From Podarcis cretensis (taxonomy: Eukaryota), in the NCBI GenBank assembly GCA_951804945.1, contig OX638158.1:31806001-31870000 (forward strand): 64,000 nucleotides of DNA, written 5' to 3'. The translations under genes and the position numbers were made by a program. The notes under the pieces were generated by a model. It was not told the DNA's origin and searched no databases. It was given only the letters and a program-made list of their open reading frames with translations. Shown in pieces: positions 25,858 through 37,570 of the stretch (its first letter is position 1; each line of letters opens with the position of its first letter).

Positions 25858-26189
25858 CTAATGAAAAGGATATCCAATTATTGGCATGCTCATTTAAAGC
25901 TTTGCTTAGGGTGGTATTGTAGGATGTTCAGACAATTCTAGAATAAATTATTTTCAGGGACTGAATTGGAGAACTGTTGCACTGTTTTTCCAGCTGGAAA
26001 GTTTAAAATTTAAAAGTTGAATATCTCAAAAATGTAATTATGATATTTTGGTTATTTAACTTCTGCTTGCTACAAACTACTGGAAAATCCAGACTTTCTA
26101 CTGTTTTACAATTCATCTGGGAAGATCTGGAAACATATATAAGTAACACTGAAACATATTGCAAGGGGCCCCATCAGAAAAGCAGCATA

Positions 26190-26507
26190 CAGTGGTGCCC
26201 TGAAAGACAAATGCCTCGCAAGACAAAAAACCCGCTAGACGAAAGGGTTTTCCGTTTTGGAGGCGCTTCGCAAAACGAATTTCCCTATGGGCTTGCTTTG
26301 CAAGACAAAATGTCTTGCGAGATTTTCCAACTTTTCCCCCTCTTTCCCCCCCTTTTTCTAAGCCGCTAAGCCGCTTATCTGCTAAGCTGATAAGCCGCTA
26401 AAAGCCGCTAAGAGCGCTAATCCGCTAAGCTGTCAATGGGCTTGCTTCGCAAGACGAAAAAACCGCTAGACGAAGAGAATCGCGGAACGGATTGCGAGGC
26501 ACCACTG
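26190..26507. mobile_element. Tc1/pogo-type MITE family B, copy 1
   Basis: TA-CAGTGGTGCC...GGCACCACTG-TA; internal GCAAGACGAA and TAAGCCGC repeats; near-identical to 50604-50918. Confidence 0.88.
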
Positions 26508-27552
26508 TATCTGACCAATGAAGTATTTGTTAGCAGAGTCTGATTATCACCGACAGCAATCATCAGCAACACTACTGCTAGTTGTCAGGATTCAAAGAAC
26601 TATGCAACTAACTACACACCCAAGGGAACTTTAGACTTCTGCTTTCCAAAGAGCAGAAGCCTTTGCCACATGACAAACCACTTCGGAAGGCATAAAGACT
26701 TTTAAAAAGCCGACAAACATAATGGGGTGACTTCCTGTTCGGGGGATAGTGGAGGGAGGAGAAAATGTATCATCTCTAGCTACCTCCCAAAAAAGTAATG
26801 TGTATGACGTGTACAAGCTCTCCTGCTCTTACCCTTTCCTCCACGTTGGCTGACCCACGACTAGGGCTGGGCGATATCTGGTTTTCAACATCATAATATA
26901 TAAACAGCTAAATATCGTGATATACTGATTTATCACAGTGTCTGAAATGTATCTCAGCTGCTGACAGAGATTTATATAGTGCTTTTGTCCATAAATTGTT
27001 CAATTTATCTTCTTCAATGTTCATATCCCTGTTTAATTCCCAGATTTTGTTGCGGGTAAAATTGGTTCTCAACAAGGGTTTCGTATAAAAGGGAAATTAA
27101 TCATTATACTATATCTTACCAAATGATTTTCTGCATAGGCTAATGGCCCTTTATGTACTCAAAAAATGATTATCATGGAATCAACAAAGGATGTAGTATC
27201 CAACATGCATCTTTAGGTATGCACAAAGAAAGCCTGAGTAATTACTAATGATCTTGTTGACACATGAAGGAGAGACACACACTTGTGTCCAGGGCAGATG
27301 TCTATCAGCTCCATCTGGTAAGCCAGCCTAGACCCTACCTGCCTGCATTATGTCTTGCCAGAGCGGTACATGCTCTGGTTATCTCCCACTTGGACTACAG
27401 ACAACTCCCCATTTGTGATTTATAAGACAGCATCCATACTACTGCACAAAGTTGAGATGCAGGTCATTTTTTTTAGATCAAATTGCACCCTACATTAGGA
27501 ATTGTATGTACAAACATAAAAGCCATAATCCTAACAAGCGCCTCTCTCCTAC

Positions 27553-27634
27553 CTCATGTGTTCCTTCCGCAGCTCCTTCTGCAGATCCTTCCTGAGAAGT
27601 GTTGCATGGAGCTGGTGGTATTTTACCTCCCATA
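27553..27634 (-). CDS. ST13: Hip coding exon 2
   Basis: MGGKIPPAPCNTSQEGSAEGAAEGTHE; AG/GTAGGA; 82 nt; phase 2 to phase 0. Confidence 0.92.
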
Positions 27635-29762
27635 CTTTTCAAAAAAAGAAAAAGATTGGTGAGATACAGAGTTTGACAACATTTGGTTTAAGATAAATGA
27701 AAAGTATAAACCACTAAGTAACAGTTAGCAATGAATATTTATTCATGACTAAAGAATAACTGAACAGAAATTCTATTACCTTAAAATTAGTCCCATTTGC
27801 TTTTCTGAATTGCTACTCAGGAATGCTTCAGCACAATTTTATGTTATTAGGGTAGAACAACTGAAACCCCTTTAAGCATAGCAATGTCAATTAACTAGCA
27901 TTTGCTGCCTTCTAATCCAGGAAATTTGGAAAGAAAGAAAAAGCTGTGGAAGGTTAAGCATTTCTAGATTTAACTTGTACTTTCACATGCCGCAGTATGA
28001 TTCCACAACACTAAGGAAATTACCCTTAACAAAACACTCCATTTTTACCCATACTTTCAAGTCAGAACTGTGATATGTACAAAGGTTACAAGCAATAACA
28101 CTAGAAAAAATATATCTGTAAAGAGGTGGAATGTAGATTATCCCCAGCAACTTTCCTAGAGCAAGGGGTGCAGGTGCTCAGCTTGTTCTACATTGTTCTG
28201 TACCTCTGATTCCCAAAGCATGTGCTTTGCACCACAACTGATTTCCCTAAAACTGGTTGATCCAACACATGACTTGAGCCATGACAAGGAGCCTTTGAGA
28301 CTTTTTCTGAGGGCCCACAACATCATCTTGGTACCCACCCCCTCCTTGCACTGCTTTCCCAAAACTGGGTAAACAAGGTGTGAGGCTTTGGGAAGGAGGT
28401 GTCAGGGCTGGGAAGGGCTCAAATTCTGGGCTCCCCCCACAGCACAACAATGCAGGGTGTGGCCTGCGGGTTCCGTGTCAAGTACTCTTGCAGCCCACTT
28501 GGTCTGAAAGGTTGGACCTCCCTGCCCTAGAATGTACAGCAAAAGGTGGTGGTGGAAATCACACTTCCTGTTTCAATAAATTAATGGTGAGCTTTCCATA
28601 AACATTTACAGTATCTGTGAAACACTTCTGAGATGCAAGGAGCATCTCTGACACACTCCTCTAGGAATAATATTAAATGTTAAATCTAACTGAAATAAAA
28701 TTAACCCAGAAGAGTAACCACCAAATAAGAACTACTAATATTCTCTGGCCACCCTATTTGATTTACAGTTTCACTGCTCACTTTGTTAGGAAGACTTTAC
28801 CATTCAAAAACTGATACTTTTATAACCCAATCGTTGTATGAGTTAGGCATACCTGAGTCCACTGATTACAATGCATGCAAAGCCTCCTAATGCTACAAGA
28901 CTGTGTTATTAAACAACTATTTGATTCAAAATAAAAAGCATTTCACACACAAAGAGATTTCAAATGAACGAGCTCTACCACTCCAGCAGAAAACCTGAAA
29001 TCTTACTACCCAATAGATAGAGCTACAGGTTACATTAGAGTAAACACAGCCATGTTTGTTTCTACACTCCTCCAAAGCATAGCTCTTTCAGCCACAACTC
29101 TTTCTACACCCCTCCCTCCACAGCATGAAATGCAAGCTTTTGCACTGTCATGGAACAATAACGTCTGCAGAAGCCAAAGCTAGACTGCTTTTCTTCACAG
29201 AATCATCAACATTATTACTTGAGGGGTTTTTCCTGGGCTATGAAACAGGACTCCATAATGGTTTTTAATTCATTTAGCTAGAATGTGGTTGGCTGCATAA
29301 ATGGCGCTCTTGGCAATGTAACACTGATTGCTTTCAAGCAGGATCTGAAATCATGGAGGGGATATTAGAGAACCATCTGGAAAATTTTAACAGCCAATTT
29401 TACTATTATACAGATTTCAATAAGTAATCCAGTTAAATGTTTTTAACCATGCTTACAACAATATGAAAGCAGCTCTATCTACCTTAGTTTTACATAAATT
29501 GAATACTAAATCTAAAAACAGTTACATATTGCTATGAGTTGGTGGGGAGAAAGTAGGCTCTATGTGAGATCCTTCTAATCTAACCCCTGGATCTAGCAAG
29601 TGTTAAAATATAAGCCAGGCTAGCTTCCTGTGTTGAGGTGAAAGTCTGGGTGATGAGGCATTAAGAGAAGGGGTTCTGTGTGAGAAGGTTTGATTTCTGT
29701 TTGCATCCCCTCCATTGTAGGTTCAGGTTGCATATACGTGTAAACAAACCATATATCATAAA

Positions 29763-29979
29763 AACATATAAAAAAATTGTCCGGTAGCACCTTAGAGACC
29801 AACTATGTTTGTTCTTGGTATAAGCTTTTGTGTGCATGCACACTTCTTCAGATGCATGCACATGAAAGCTTACACCAAGAACAAACTTAGTTGGTCTCTA
29901 AGGTGCTACCAGACAATTTTTAAATTTTTTTTTACATGTTTCGACTGTCAGACCGACCAACACAGCTACCTACCTGAAT
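29763..29979. mobile_element. Penelope-like element remnant with inverted (foldback) end
   Basis: ~70-bp inverted arms (29772-29840 / 29853-29921) containing TTGGTCTCTAAGGTGCTAC; GACCAACACAGCTAC end motif; 13-bp direct repeat CATATATCATAAA at 29750-29762 and 29980-29992. Confidence 0.75.
29821..29851 (-). ncRNA. Minimal hammerhead ribozyme motif (core degenerate)
   Basis: CTGAAGA-A-GTGTGC-AT-GCACAC-AAAA-GC-TTA; the inverted arm keeps GAAAGCTTA. Confidence 0.65.
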
Positions 29980-31062
29980 CATATATCATAAATACACTAA
30001 AGTATCAGCTGTGCTTCACTCCAGAAGGAAACAAAACCCTGGGTAAGCTCTTGGAACCCCTGGAATCCCACCCTGCTCCAAGATTGGAGTGGCATGCAAC
30101 AATATATTTGCACAATCCAAGGTGCATTGTGGCTTGTGTTACACACACTTCCACAAAAAATCGTTTGATAAATACAGTCGTTTTTTTTTTTTAAAGATGA
30201 AATAACAATCCTAAGCAACTCAGTTTCAGGCTACTCCAAAATGCATGCTTTTTTCAACAAAGAAGGAACTTCCAGGTGGAAAGAAAAGCATAGGCAAAAA
30301 TGTGCTTGGCGTGTAGATTATTATGTTTGTTTCTCACTAAATGTGCTCTGGTGCAGTAACTGGGGACAATATTCCAGCATCAAAATACATATAAGACGAA
30401 TAAAGAAAGTGCAACACCTGAGTAATTATCATAATGATCTGAAAGCTTTCTCTTATCCTTTCCTCAGGCACGAAACAACGTTTCCTGTGCCGCAGAAATG
30501 TTCGTACACCGATGGGATTAAAGAGCACATGTTAATTGTAACAGCCTGAAACCCTTTCCTTGCCGAGAAGGGGGGGGGGGAGGAGTGGAGTAACTGGACG
30601 CGAGAAGAACAGGTTTCCAATGACACGGCTAGGCCTTCCGTCCAGAAATCCGGCCATCCGTCCCTCAAACAGCCTCGGATTCCAGGGAAAGGACTGAAGA
30701 CTCAAACCAAAGCAGGCACCTTTCGCAAGGCAAATAAATTATTCCGAAGAATTCCCCACCTTCCCAGCCCCATACAAGTCCCTGCAACTCCTACAGCTCC
30801 GCGCTTTTCAAGCCCGACCTCTCTCTTATTATCGAGGCCTGATCCACGGTTCGCCGACCACCAGACACCCCCCTCCCGCCAAAAACAAAATCCCAGCAGC
30901 AGCCCCCCCCCCCGAAGCCCTACCGCCCGAAAACTGAGCACACTTTCATCACCTGAAAACGGGGGTGAGGGGGAGAGAGAGAGGAAGAAACGGGGATACG
31001 GAGGACCCCACTCTACCCCCAACGCCGCCCCATGAGGGGCTTCCCCCCCCCTCCCGACTTAC

Positions 31063-31172
31063 CCCTCCACCCAGTCGCGGAAGAAGCGCAGGTCGTCGCT
31101 GTGCAGGATGGCCGGGTTCTCCTTGCAGAGTTTGACGAAGGCCCGCAGCTCGCTCACCTTCCGCAGGTCCAT
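31063..31172 (-). CDS. ST13: Hip coding exon 1 (dimerisation domain)
   Basis: gccATGG; [36 protein letters not shown]; GTAAGT donor; 110 nt. Confidence 0.97.
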
Positions 31173-31503
31173 GGCTCGCCCGCTTCCCTCCCGCGCGTCC
31201 CCCTCGCTGCTGCTACTGCGGTGGTTGCCGCCGCTTGAGCTTCCCTCCAAGCGGAGTAACGAAAGTTCCCAGCCTCCCTCTTCCCTCCCCTCCCGCTCGC
31301 TCGGGGGCCCCGCTGCCTGTCACGCGCAATTCAGTTCAGCGCCACGCGCACGCGCTCCCCGCCCCTCCTGCCCCGCCCCCCTGTCAGCTTTTCGCTCGCG
31401 GCTGCCGCTCCCGCTGGCCGCCTTCCCCCTTTGCCCACGCCCGAGAGGCTCCTCCCACTGTGCCCTCGCGACCCACCCGCCGTGGCCCTTCGAGCGACGG
31501 ACC

Positions 31504-31518
31504 GGAATTTTCCAGAAA
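31504..31518. promoter_or_regulatory. Heat-shock element (HSF1 site)
   Basis: gGAAttTTCcaGAAa is a perfect nGAAnnTTCnnGAAn triple. Confidence 0.75.
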
Positions 31519-31953
31519 TGAAAGCCGAGTCGCCCAAGGCGTTTGCCTCTTTCCGTTGTCCCCGCCCGCCCCCGCCATTCCCACTTGGAGAACAACACCG
31601 AGTTATTTCACACGCCAGAGGGCAATAACTGAACTTAAACGGGCTCTCTGCGCGCGAGTATGGGTCTCCCCGTGTTTGTTTTTACATGCAGGCGTTTTAC
31701 TTAGTCGCCAAAGTAAACATTTTCCTCGGAAGGAAGGAAGTGGGATGCAATCTCCGGTCGAAATGGGCGTAATGACGCCATCAAACTTCGACTCAAAGCG
31801 GAGAAGGTCCTCTCAACGTGCCTGCGGTCTATTTGAGCTTAGTTTAGGCTGGCATGCTAGGGAGTGGGGACTTGGGAAAGAGAGGAAGAGGGACGCCGGT
31901 TTCCCTTCAGAGATCGCCCTGTAGTGGTGGGTGCTGTCTTTGCAGGTTCAGCC

Positions 31954-32014
31954 ATGGTGTTGTTCCTAGCACAGAGACTTATGCAGCCTGTAAGGGGCAT
32001 GTGCAGCTTTTCAG
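31954..32014 (+). CDS. XPNPEP3: Xaa-Pro aminopeptidase 3, first coding exon (mitochondrial presequence)
   Basis: gccATGG; MVLFLAQRLMQPVRGMCSFS, Arg-containing with no acidic residues; GTCAGA donor in phase 1 matches next exon. Confidence 0.82.
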
Positions 32015-34811
32015 GTCAGAGACTTTCTTTCCTTCTAAAGATGAGCTTCCTTCGTTCTGGGGAGGGTGGAAGTTCCTTATGCTAGGCACTCGGTTCCACT
32101 GTGTGTGCACTTTAGTTTCTACTATGGACAACGGAAACCATTTTATGTAACTGGGTTATTAATCCAGTTAAAATATATTTCTATGGTGAGACACAAAATC
32201 TTCAGAAGGTCATATTAGGTTAATCGGAAGACTTCATATAAAGACAAAAGACAAAGGTTATCGGATGTTTAGGGTCTATAAAACTTCATCAACTTCTGAA
32301 TTCAGAACTGAGGTCATAAAAAAAGAGCATGGTTTTCAGACAATGCAATTCATTAAAATCTCAAGATAGGACCAAAATATTATGTAGCAGAAATTCTCAT
32401 TTAATTTAAAATTCGTTACCTTAATTCATTTCTGGCCATGAATTAGCTGAGTTATATACTCATTTAAGTCTCATTGTTCTCAGTTGGAGAAATTATGTGT
32501 TTTAACTCTTCCACACAGAGATTAGTGGACTTGTGTTTTCAAGCATGGCTGGATTTTAGTTTTATGTCTTTTGTGTAGTTTGTGAAACTACCTGGTATAG
32601 TTTCTCTTACACTTGCATTTGTTCAAACCTCTTTATTTTGGCCCTTCCAATTGTACATTTCTGATATATTTTTGTGCAATTCTATAAAAGCAAATAAAAA
32701 TATCCATTGTTTCAAAGTCTTTTGTTTATCTTACTAATTTTGAATTGTTGAATTGGAAAAAAATAATAAGGTTAAGCTTCCTTGTCAACCTTTGAAACAA
32801 TCTGTTACACAGTACAGATTAAAAGGACATACATTAAAGGTTTTTAACTGAGAAAGTGAATGCTAAAGATAATCTAGTTCTTTTATATTTTTCATACTAT
32901 ACTGTATGTCACCTTCCAAAATGTGTAAAAAATGAAGATTTATATGATAGGAAAACCTGTATGATCACACTGAGTTTTCTTTAAAAGGAAAATTAAATTT
33001 ATTTTTAAAAACTTGTTATGCTTGAATTGCTAGTTTATGGTGTAAAATAGAGAATCCAAACTCTCTGGGTAGCTGGATTCTATGCAGTACAAGGTACACT
33101 TAACTTTATTGACATCAGCAGGCTTAGGCATGCCCAACTCTGCATAAGATCAGGCTGCAATCCTCTGCAAACACTTATGTGAGCATTAAGTTCCATTGAA
33201 TTCAGTGGGACTTCTGAGAATGCAATGACTGGATTGGGTCTTAAGTTTGTAGACCTGAGCACCCTTTCTAGGAAGAAAGTTCTACGGAGCTCAGTAGTAT
33301 TTGCACCTGGGGATGCTGCTGCAAAATGCAAGCGGTGAGGGAGGTTGTATTCATCTGCATGTTTACCTGATGGTAGACCCTTTAAATTCTGTTGGATTTA
33401 TTTCTACATGAAAATGTGGGCAGCCTATTCATACAGTACTTATATTGGAATATGTCCTATTGAGTTTCTGAGTAAACATGCAAAGTATAAAGCTGAAAAG
33501 TTGCATTCCTGAGCAGATTTATGAGGGGTAATAATTGGGTAATTCCTTCTAGTAGACAGTCATCACTCTAGTTTCCATTAACTTCAGTGAGTATGTAGTC
33601 CAATCTCATGCATATTTGCTCGGAAACACCTATTGTGTGCAACTGGGCTTGCTCTTAAGGAAGTGTGTATAGGAGACCCTGAACCTACGCAGGGACTGGG
33701 TTCTACAGCTGCAGCCCTTTGCAGAGTTTGGCATCCCCAACCCAACTTAATTCAATGGTTTTTATGCACAGGATTTCAACCTCAGCTACTACTGGTTTTC
33801 TCTAGATTGTATTCTTGGTCTGTAATGATGTCTATTAGCAATTTTTATGTACCCACCTAGTTCCCCACTCTTGTGAATGTTAGCAGTTTATTCAAACGTA
33901 GTATTTTGGCACTTGAATGAAATACTTTGATACCCGCCCCCCTCAAATAAGTCTGATTCTCAATATTTTAAGTATATTCCAAGTGCATATGAATAAAATC
34001 TATATTGATAAGAGTGCATTAATAATTGGGCAGATGGTAAAATGTTTTCATGTCATGTAGTACTCCCTACTCAGTTTTAAGGAAGAGAAACATAAGCATT
34101 ACAAGGTCTACCAGGGCAAAGGAGAGTTAGGACTGTGTCCTTACAAAACAAATACTGCTAAAAATACTGTGTTGCACAGGAAGAGATAAAAGGAATACCA
34201 GAATGTAACTTGCAATACAGTCACATTCTTACACACTCTCTCTCTCTCTCTTTAATCTCATTGTATGGTTTTGAAAGGATGGTTAGTAGTTAATAGAAGC
34301 ATCACTGCAATATTTTAGTTATATTGTAGAACAGGTGTGGGGAACCTGTGCCCTCCCTAGAAATCACAGGTTTCCTACCCCTCTAGTAGAAGAGTATCAG
34401 TTAACCTTACCCTGGTAAAAGGAGGGTAAGCTCCATGGCTAAGGTATTTGCAGCCTTTGAGATGGAAATAAATACTGAGGACAGACAAACAAAAATCTTA
34501 AAAGTGATGTCCTTTCTGAAAGTTAAAGAGAATTTGTGCAATTCTGTTCTGTCACATTTGTAAGTAAATTGAAGATTTAAATCTTTTTGAATCTGCCATC
34601 CATAGCTACTTTTTGGAGTAAGTACATGTGAATTCAGTGGGGCTTACATCTGAGTAGACATTTATAGGCTTGCACTGCAGGTTATTCCATGTGGACTTGC
34701 CTTAGAAGAAAGGTGAAAAGAACAGTTCTTAAGAATGGCAAGCGTGTGACTTGACTGTATTACACCTAGAAAGGTCTTTCACCTTGACACAATGCAGCTG
34801 TTTTCTTTTAG

Positions 34812-34928
34812 ACTGCAAGTTCTGTTTCTTTCGGAATTTGTCCATCCAGCCTGTTGAGCAAAGGAAGATTCCAAACCGGTACCTAGGTCAACCTAGCCCT
34901 TTCACACATCCACATCTTCTGAAACCAG
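34812..34928 (+). CDS. XPNPEP3: XPNPEP3 coding exon 2
   Basis: [39 protein letters not shown]; 117 nt. Confidence 0.96.
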
Positions 34929-34990
34929 GTAAGGATCATTTCAGTACAGTCCTAAGCATATTTACTCAGAGGTAAGAAATGGGTGGAGTA

Positions 34991-35350
34991 GGGACGCGGG
35001 TGGCGCTGTGGGTAAAACCTCAGCGCCTAGGACTTGCCGATCGCATGGTCGGCGGTTCGAATCCCCGCGGCGGGGTGCGCTCCTGTTGTTCGGTCCCAGC
35101 GCCTGCCAACCTAGCAGTTCGAAAGCACCCCCGGGTGCAAGTAGATAAATAGGGACCGCATACCAGCGGGAAGGTAAACGGCGTTCTGTGTGCTGCGCTG
35201 GCTCGCCAGATGCAGCTTGTCATGCTGGCCACGTGACCCGGAAGTGTCTGCGGACAGCGCTGGCCCCCGGCCTCTAGAGTGAGATGAGCGCCCAACCCTA
35301 GAGTCTGGCAAGACTGGCCCGTACAGGCAGGGGTACCTTTACCTTTACCT
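34991..35350 (+). mobile_element. Sauria SINE
   Basis: GGGACGCGGGTGGCGCTGTGG tRNA-like head with B box GGTTCGAATCC; (ACCTTT)n tail; TAAGAAA duplication. Confidence 0.92.
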
Positions 35351-35760
35351 TAAGAAACACTGTATTCAGTGGGACTTACTCCCTGCCATGTTTGCATAGG
35401 ATAGCATCCACGGACACTAGTTTCTAAGCTGTGTCATTAGATTCTTTTTATTTTGCATGAAGAGGAGGAAAATTGTACATCCTTAGTGGAATTCACCTTC
35501 AGAAAGTATTTCCTAAAATTCCAAAGAGGTATCATCCCTGTGTACACATTTCTCAATCAGTTCAGACTCATTGCTTAAAATAATAGAGCATCCCAATATG
35601 AGATAAAACTTGAGATAAATACAGCAAAAGTTTTAAGTATAGAACAGTGAAATGGGAGAATGGAAAGCGTACATGTGTGAGCAAAGGCAATATGTAAACC
35701 AAGCAGGTATGGTAAACAAATATTTCCATGACAGCAGCAGCAGAAAAAAAATTCCACATA

Positions 35761-35955
35761 CAGTGGTACCTCGGGTTACAGACGTTTCAGGTTACAGACT
35801 CTGCTAACCCAGAAATAGTACCTCAGGTTAAGAACTTTGCTTCAGGATGAGAACAGAAATTGAGCAGCAGCAGGAGGCCCCATTAGCTAAAGTGCTACCT
35901 CAGGTTAACAACGGACCTCCGGAATGAATTAAGTTCTTAACCCAAGGTACCACTG
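35761..35955. mobile_element. MITE family A, copy 3
   Basis: Family A TIRs and TA TSD; internal deletion. Confidence 0.88.
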
Positions 35956-36294
35956 TAGTTCTTATGATTGACAGAACTTACCTCCTTCCCTAAGAACTTT
36001 TCTGAACACCAGTTCCATATTTTCCTACCTTCAGAGTTGCAGCAGGTGGGCAGAATGTCAGGTCCTTCCTTATCATAGCACCAAAAATCTGGAATACCTT
36101 CCCATGGCAGTCTGGACCCATATTTATGAGTCTTCAAGTGGACAGGGAAGACAGTTTTGTTTCCAATAGGCCTTTAGGTCATTTTACTGATGTGCTTCTG
36201 ACAGAAGAGTGAAATAAAAAAGTTTGTAAATAAAAAAACCCTCTCTGCTTGATTGACATTTGTAAATTAGGCCTGGGACCGTCATTTAATTGTA

Positions 36295-36502
36295 CAGTCA
36301 TACCTTGGAAGTCGAACGGAATCCATTCTGGAAGTCCATTCAACTTCCAAACGTTCAAAAACCAAAGTGCGGCTTCGGAAGCTGTGGGAGCCCCAGCGGA
36401 CGTTTGGCTTCCAAAAATCGTTCAAAAACCAGAACACTCACTTCCAGGTTGGGGAGCCGATTTATTCGGGAGCCAAGGCATTCAAGATCCAAGGTACGAC
36501 TG
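36295..36502. mobile_element. Tc1/pogo-type MITE family C, copy 1
   Basis: TA-CAGTCATACCTTGG...CCAAGGTACGACTG-TA. Confidence 0.85.
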
Positions 36503-36794
36503 TATAGCTAGCAATCAGTGTTCCAGAAAAGGAATCATTCACCCACACTTGAAACTCATTGTTATTCAACCATGCTTTCTTCCAAAAGTGACAATCCTTT
36601 TCCTTTATCTAAAACACCTTTATTTTCCATTTGTATTCTATGATTTGCCTCTCTCTCCAAACATGTATCCTGTTGTCATGCATGTTTAAGTCCCACTGAG
36701 TTCAATCAAATTAGTATCGGAATGCACTGTGTGGTTATTTGTGTATTATTTTATACCCTGCCTTTCTACTAGTAAGTTAAAATTACATTACTAT

Positions 36795-37150
36795 GGGCTG
36801 GTTCACATGTCAATTTAAGTATGGTTTAAAGGTGAACATATTCTTGCATGTGACTAAAATAACATCCAGTTTATTCTCTTCTCCACTCTTGCTGCTGCTG
36901 CTACACTGGCAGAATCTAAGCTATACTTTGGCTTTGCATTGTGTCTGAACCCAAGCTCATGCTATATATGGAAAGAGACAAACCATAAATCTAGGTTCAG
37001 ACATGATGTGAAGCCAAAGCATGGCTTAGCTCCAAGCAGCATGGCAGTGGCCATGGTGAGGAAGGAGCGAAGCGTCCACATTTATGGTCCCATATTTAGC
37101 ACGTTGCAAGTATACTAAAGCTTAATTGTGGTTTCAGGTGGTCTGCAAAC
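36795..37150. repeat. Degenerate palindromic (foldback) element
   Basis: Inverted arms CTAAGCTATACTTTGGCTTTGCATTGTGTCTGAACC and GGTTCAGACATGATGTGAAGCCAAAGCATGGCTTAG (~36916-37029); outer limits approximate. Confidence 0.5.
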
Positions 37151-37210
37151 TAGGACAAAATATTACTGGATTACTATAAAACTGAACCCTTGTTCTTCCA
37201 TTCCAACATA

Positions 37211-37570
37211 GGTAAAGGTAAAGGTACCCCTGCCTGTACGGGCCAGTCTTGACAGACTCTGGGGTTGTGCGCCCATCTCACTTAAGAGGCCAGGGGCCAG
37301 CGCTGTCCGGAGACACTTCCGGGTCACGTGGCCAGCGTGACATCGCTGCTCTGGCGAGCCAGAGCCGCACACGGAAACGCCGTTTACCTTCCCGCTGGTA
37401 AGCGGTCCCTATTTATCTACTTGCACCCGGAGGTGCTTTGGAACTGCTAGGTTGGCAGGCGCTGGGACCGAGCAGCGGGAGCGCACCCCGCCGCAGGGAT
37501 TCGAACCGCCGACCTTTCGATCGGCAAGCCCTAGGCGCTGAGGCTTTAACCCACAGCGCCACCTGCGTCC
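37211..37570 (-). mobile_element. Sauria SINE
   Basis: Reverse complement of the 34991 family; GGTAAAGGTAAAGGT tail; 12-bp TSD CATTCCAACATA. Confidence 0.93.

Larger units (their letters stand above)
30560..31920. promoter_or_regulatory. ST13/XPNPEP3 bidirectional CpG-island promoter
   Basis: Divergent ATGs at 31172 and 31954; CpG-rich; GC boxes (CCCCGCCCC) at ~31357-31381. Confidence 0.85.

Noticed and set aside
26355-26432. TAAGCCGC tandem repeats as a CRISPR-like or telomere-like array
   Set aside because: Internal repeats of MITE family B, also present at ~50775-50832; no spacers; eukaryotic context.
31173-31250. Near-cognate (TTG) N-terminal extension of ST13
   Set aside because: An open frame in a GC-rich 5' UTR is expected by chance, and the annotated ATG has an optimal Kozak context.
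31108-31924. Long ORFs (229, 137 and 92 aa) across the ST13/XPNPEP3 promoter
   Set aside because: Stop-poor GC-rich CpG island; Pro/Arg/Ala low-complexity translations.
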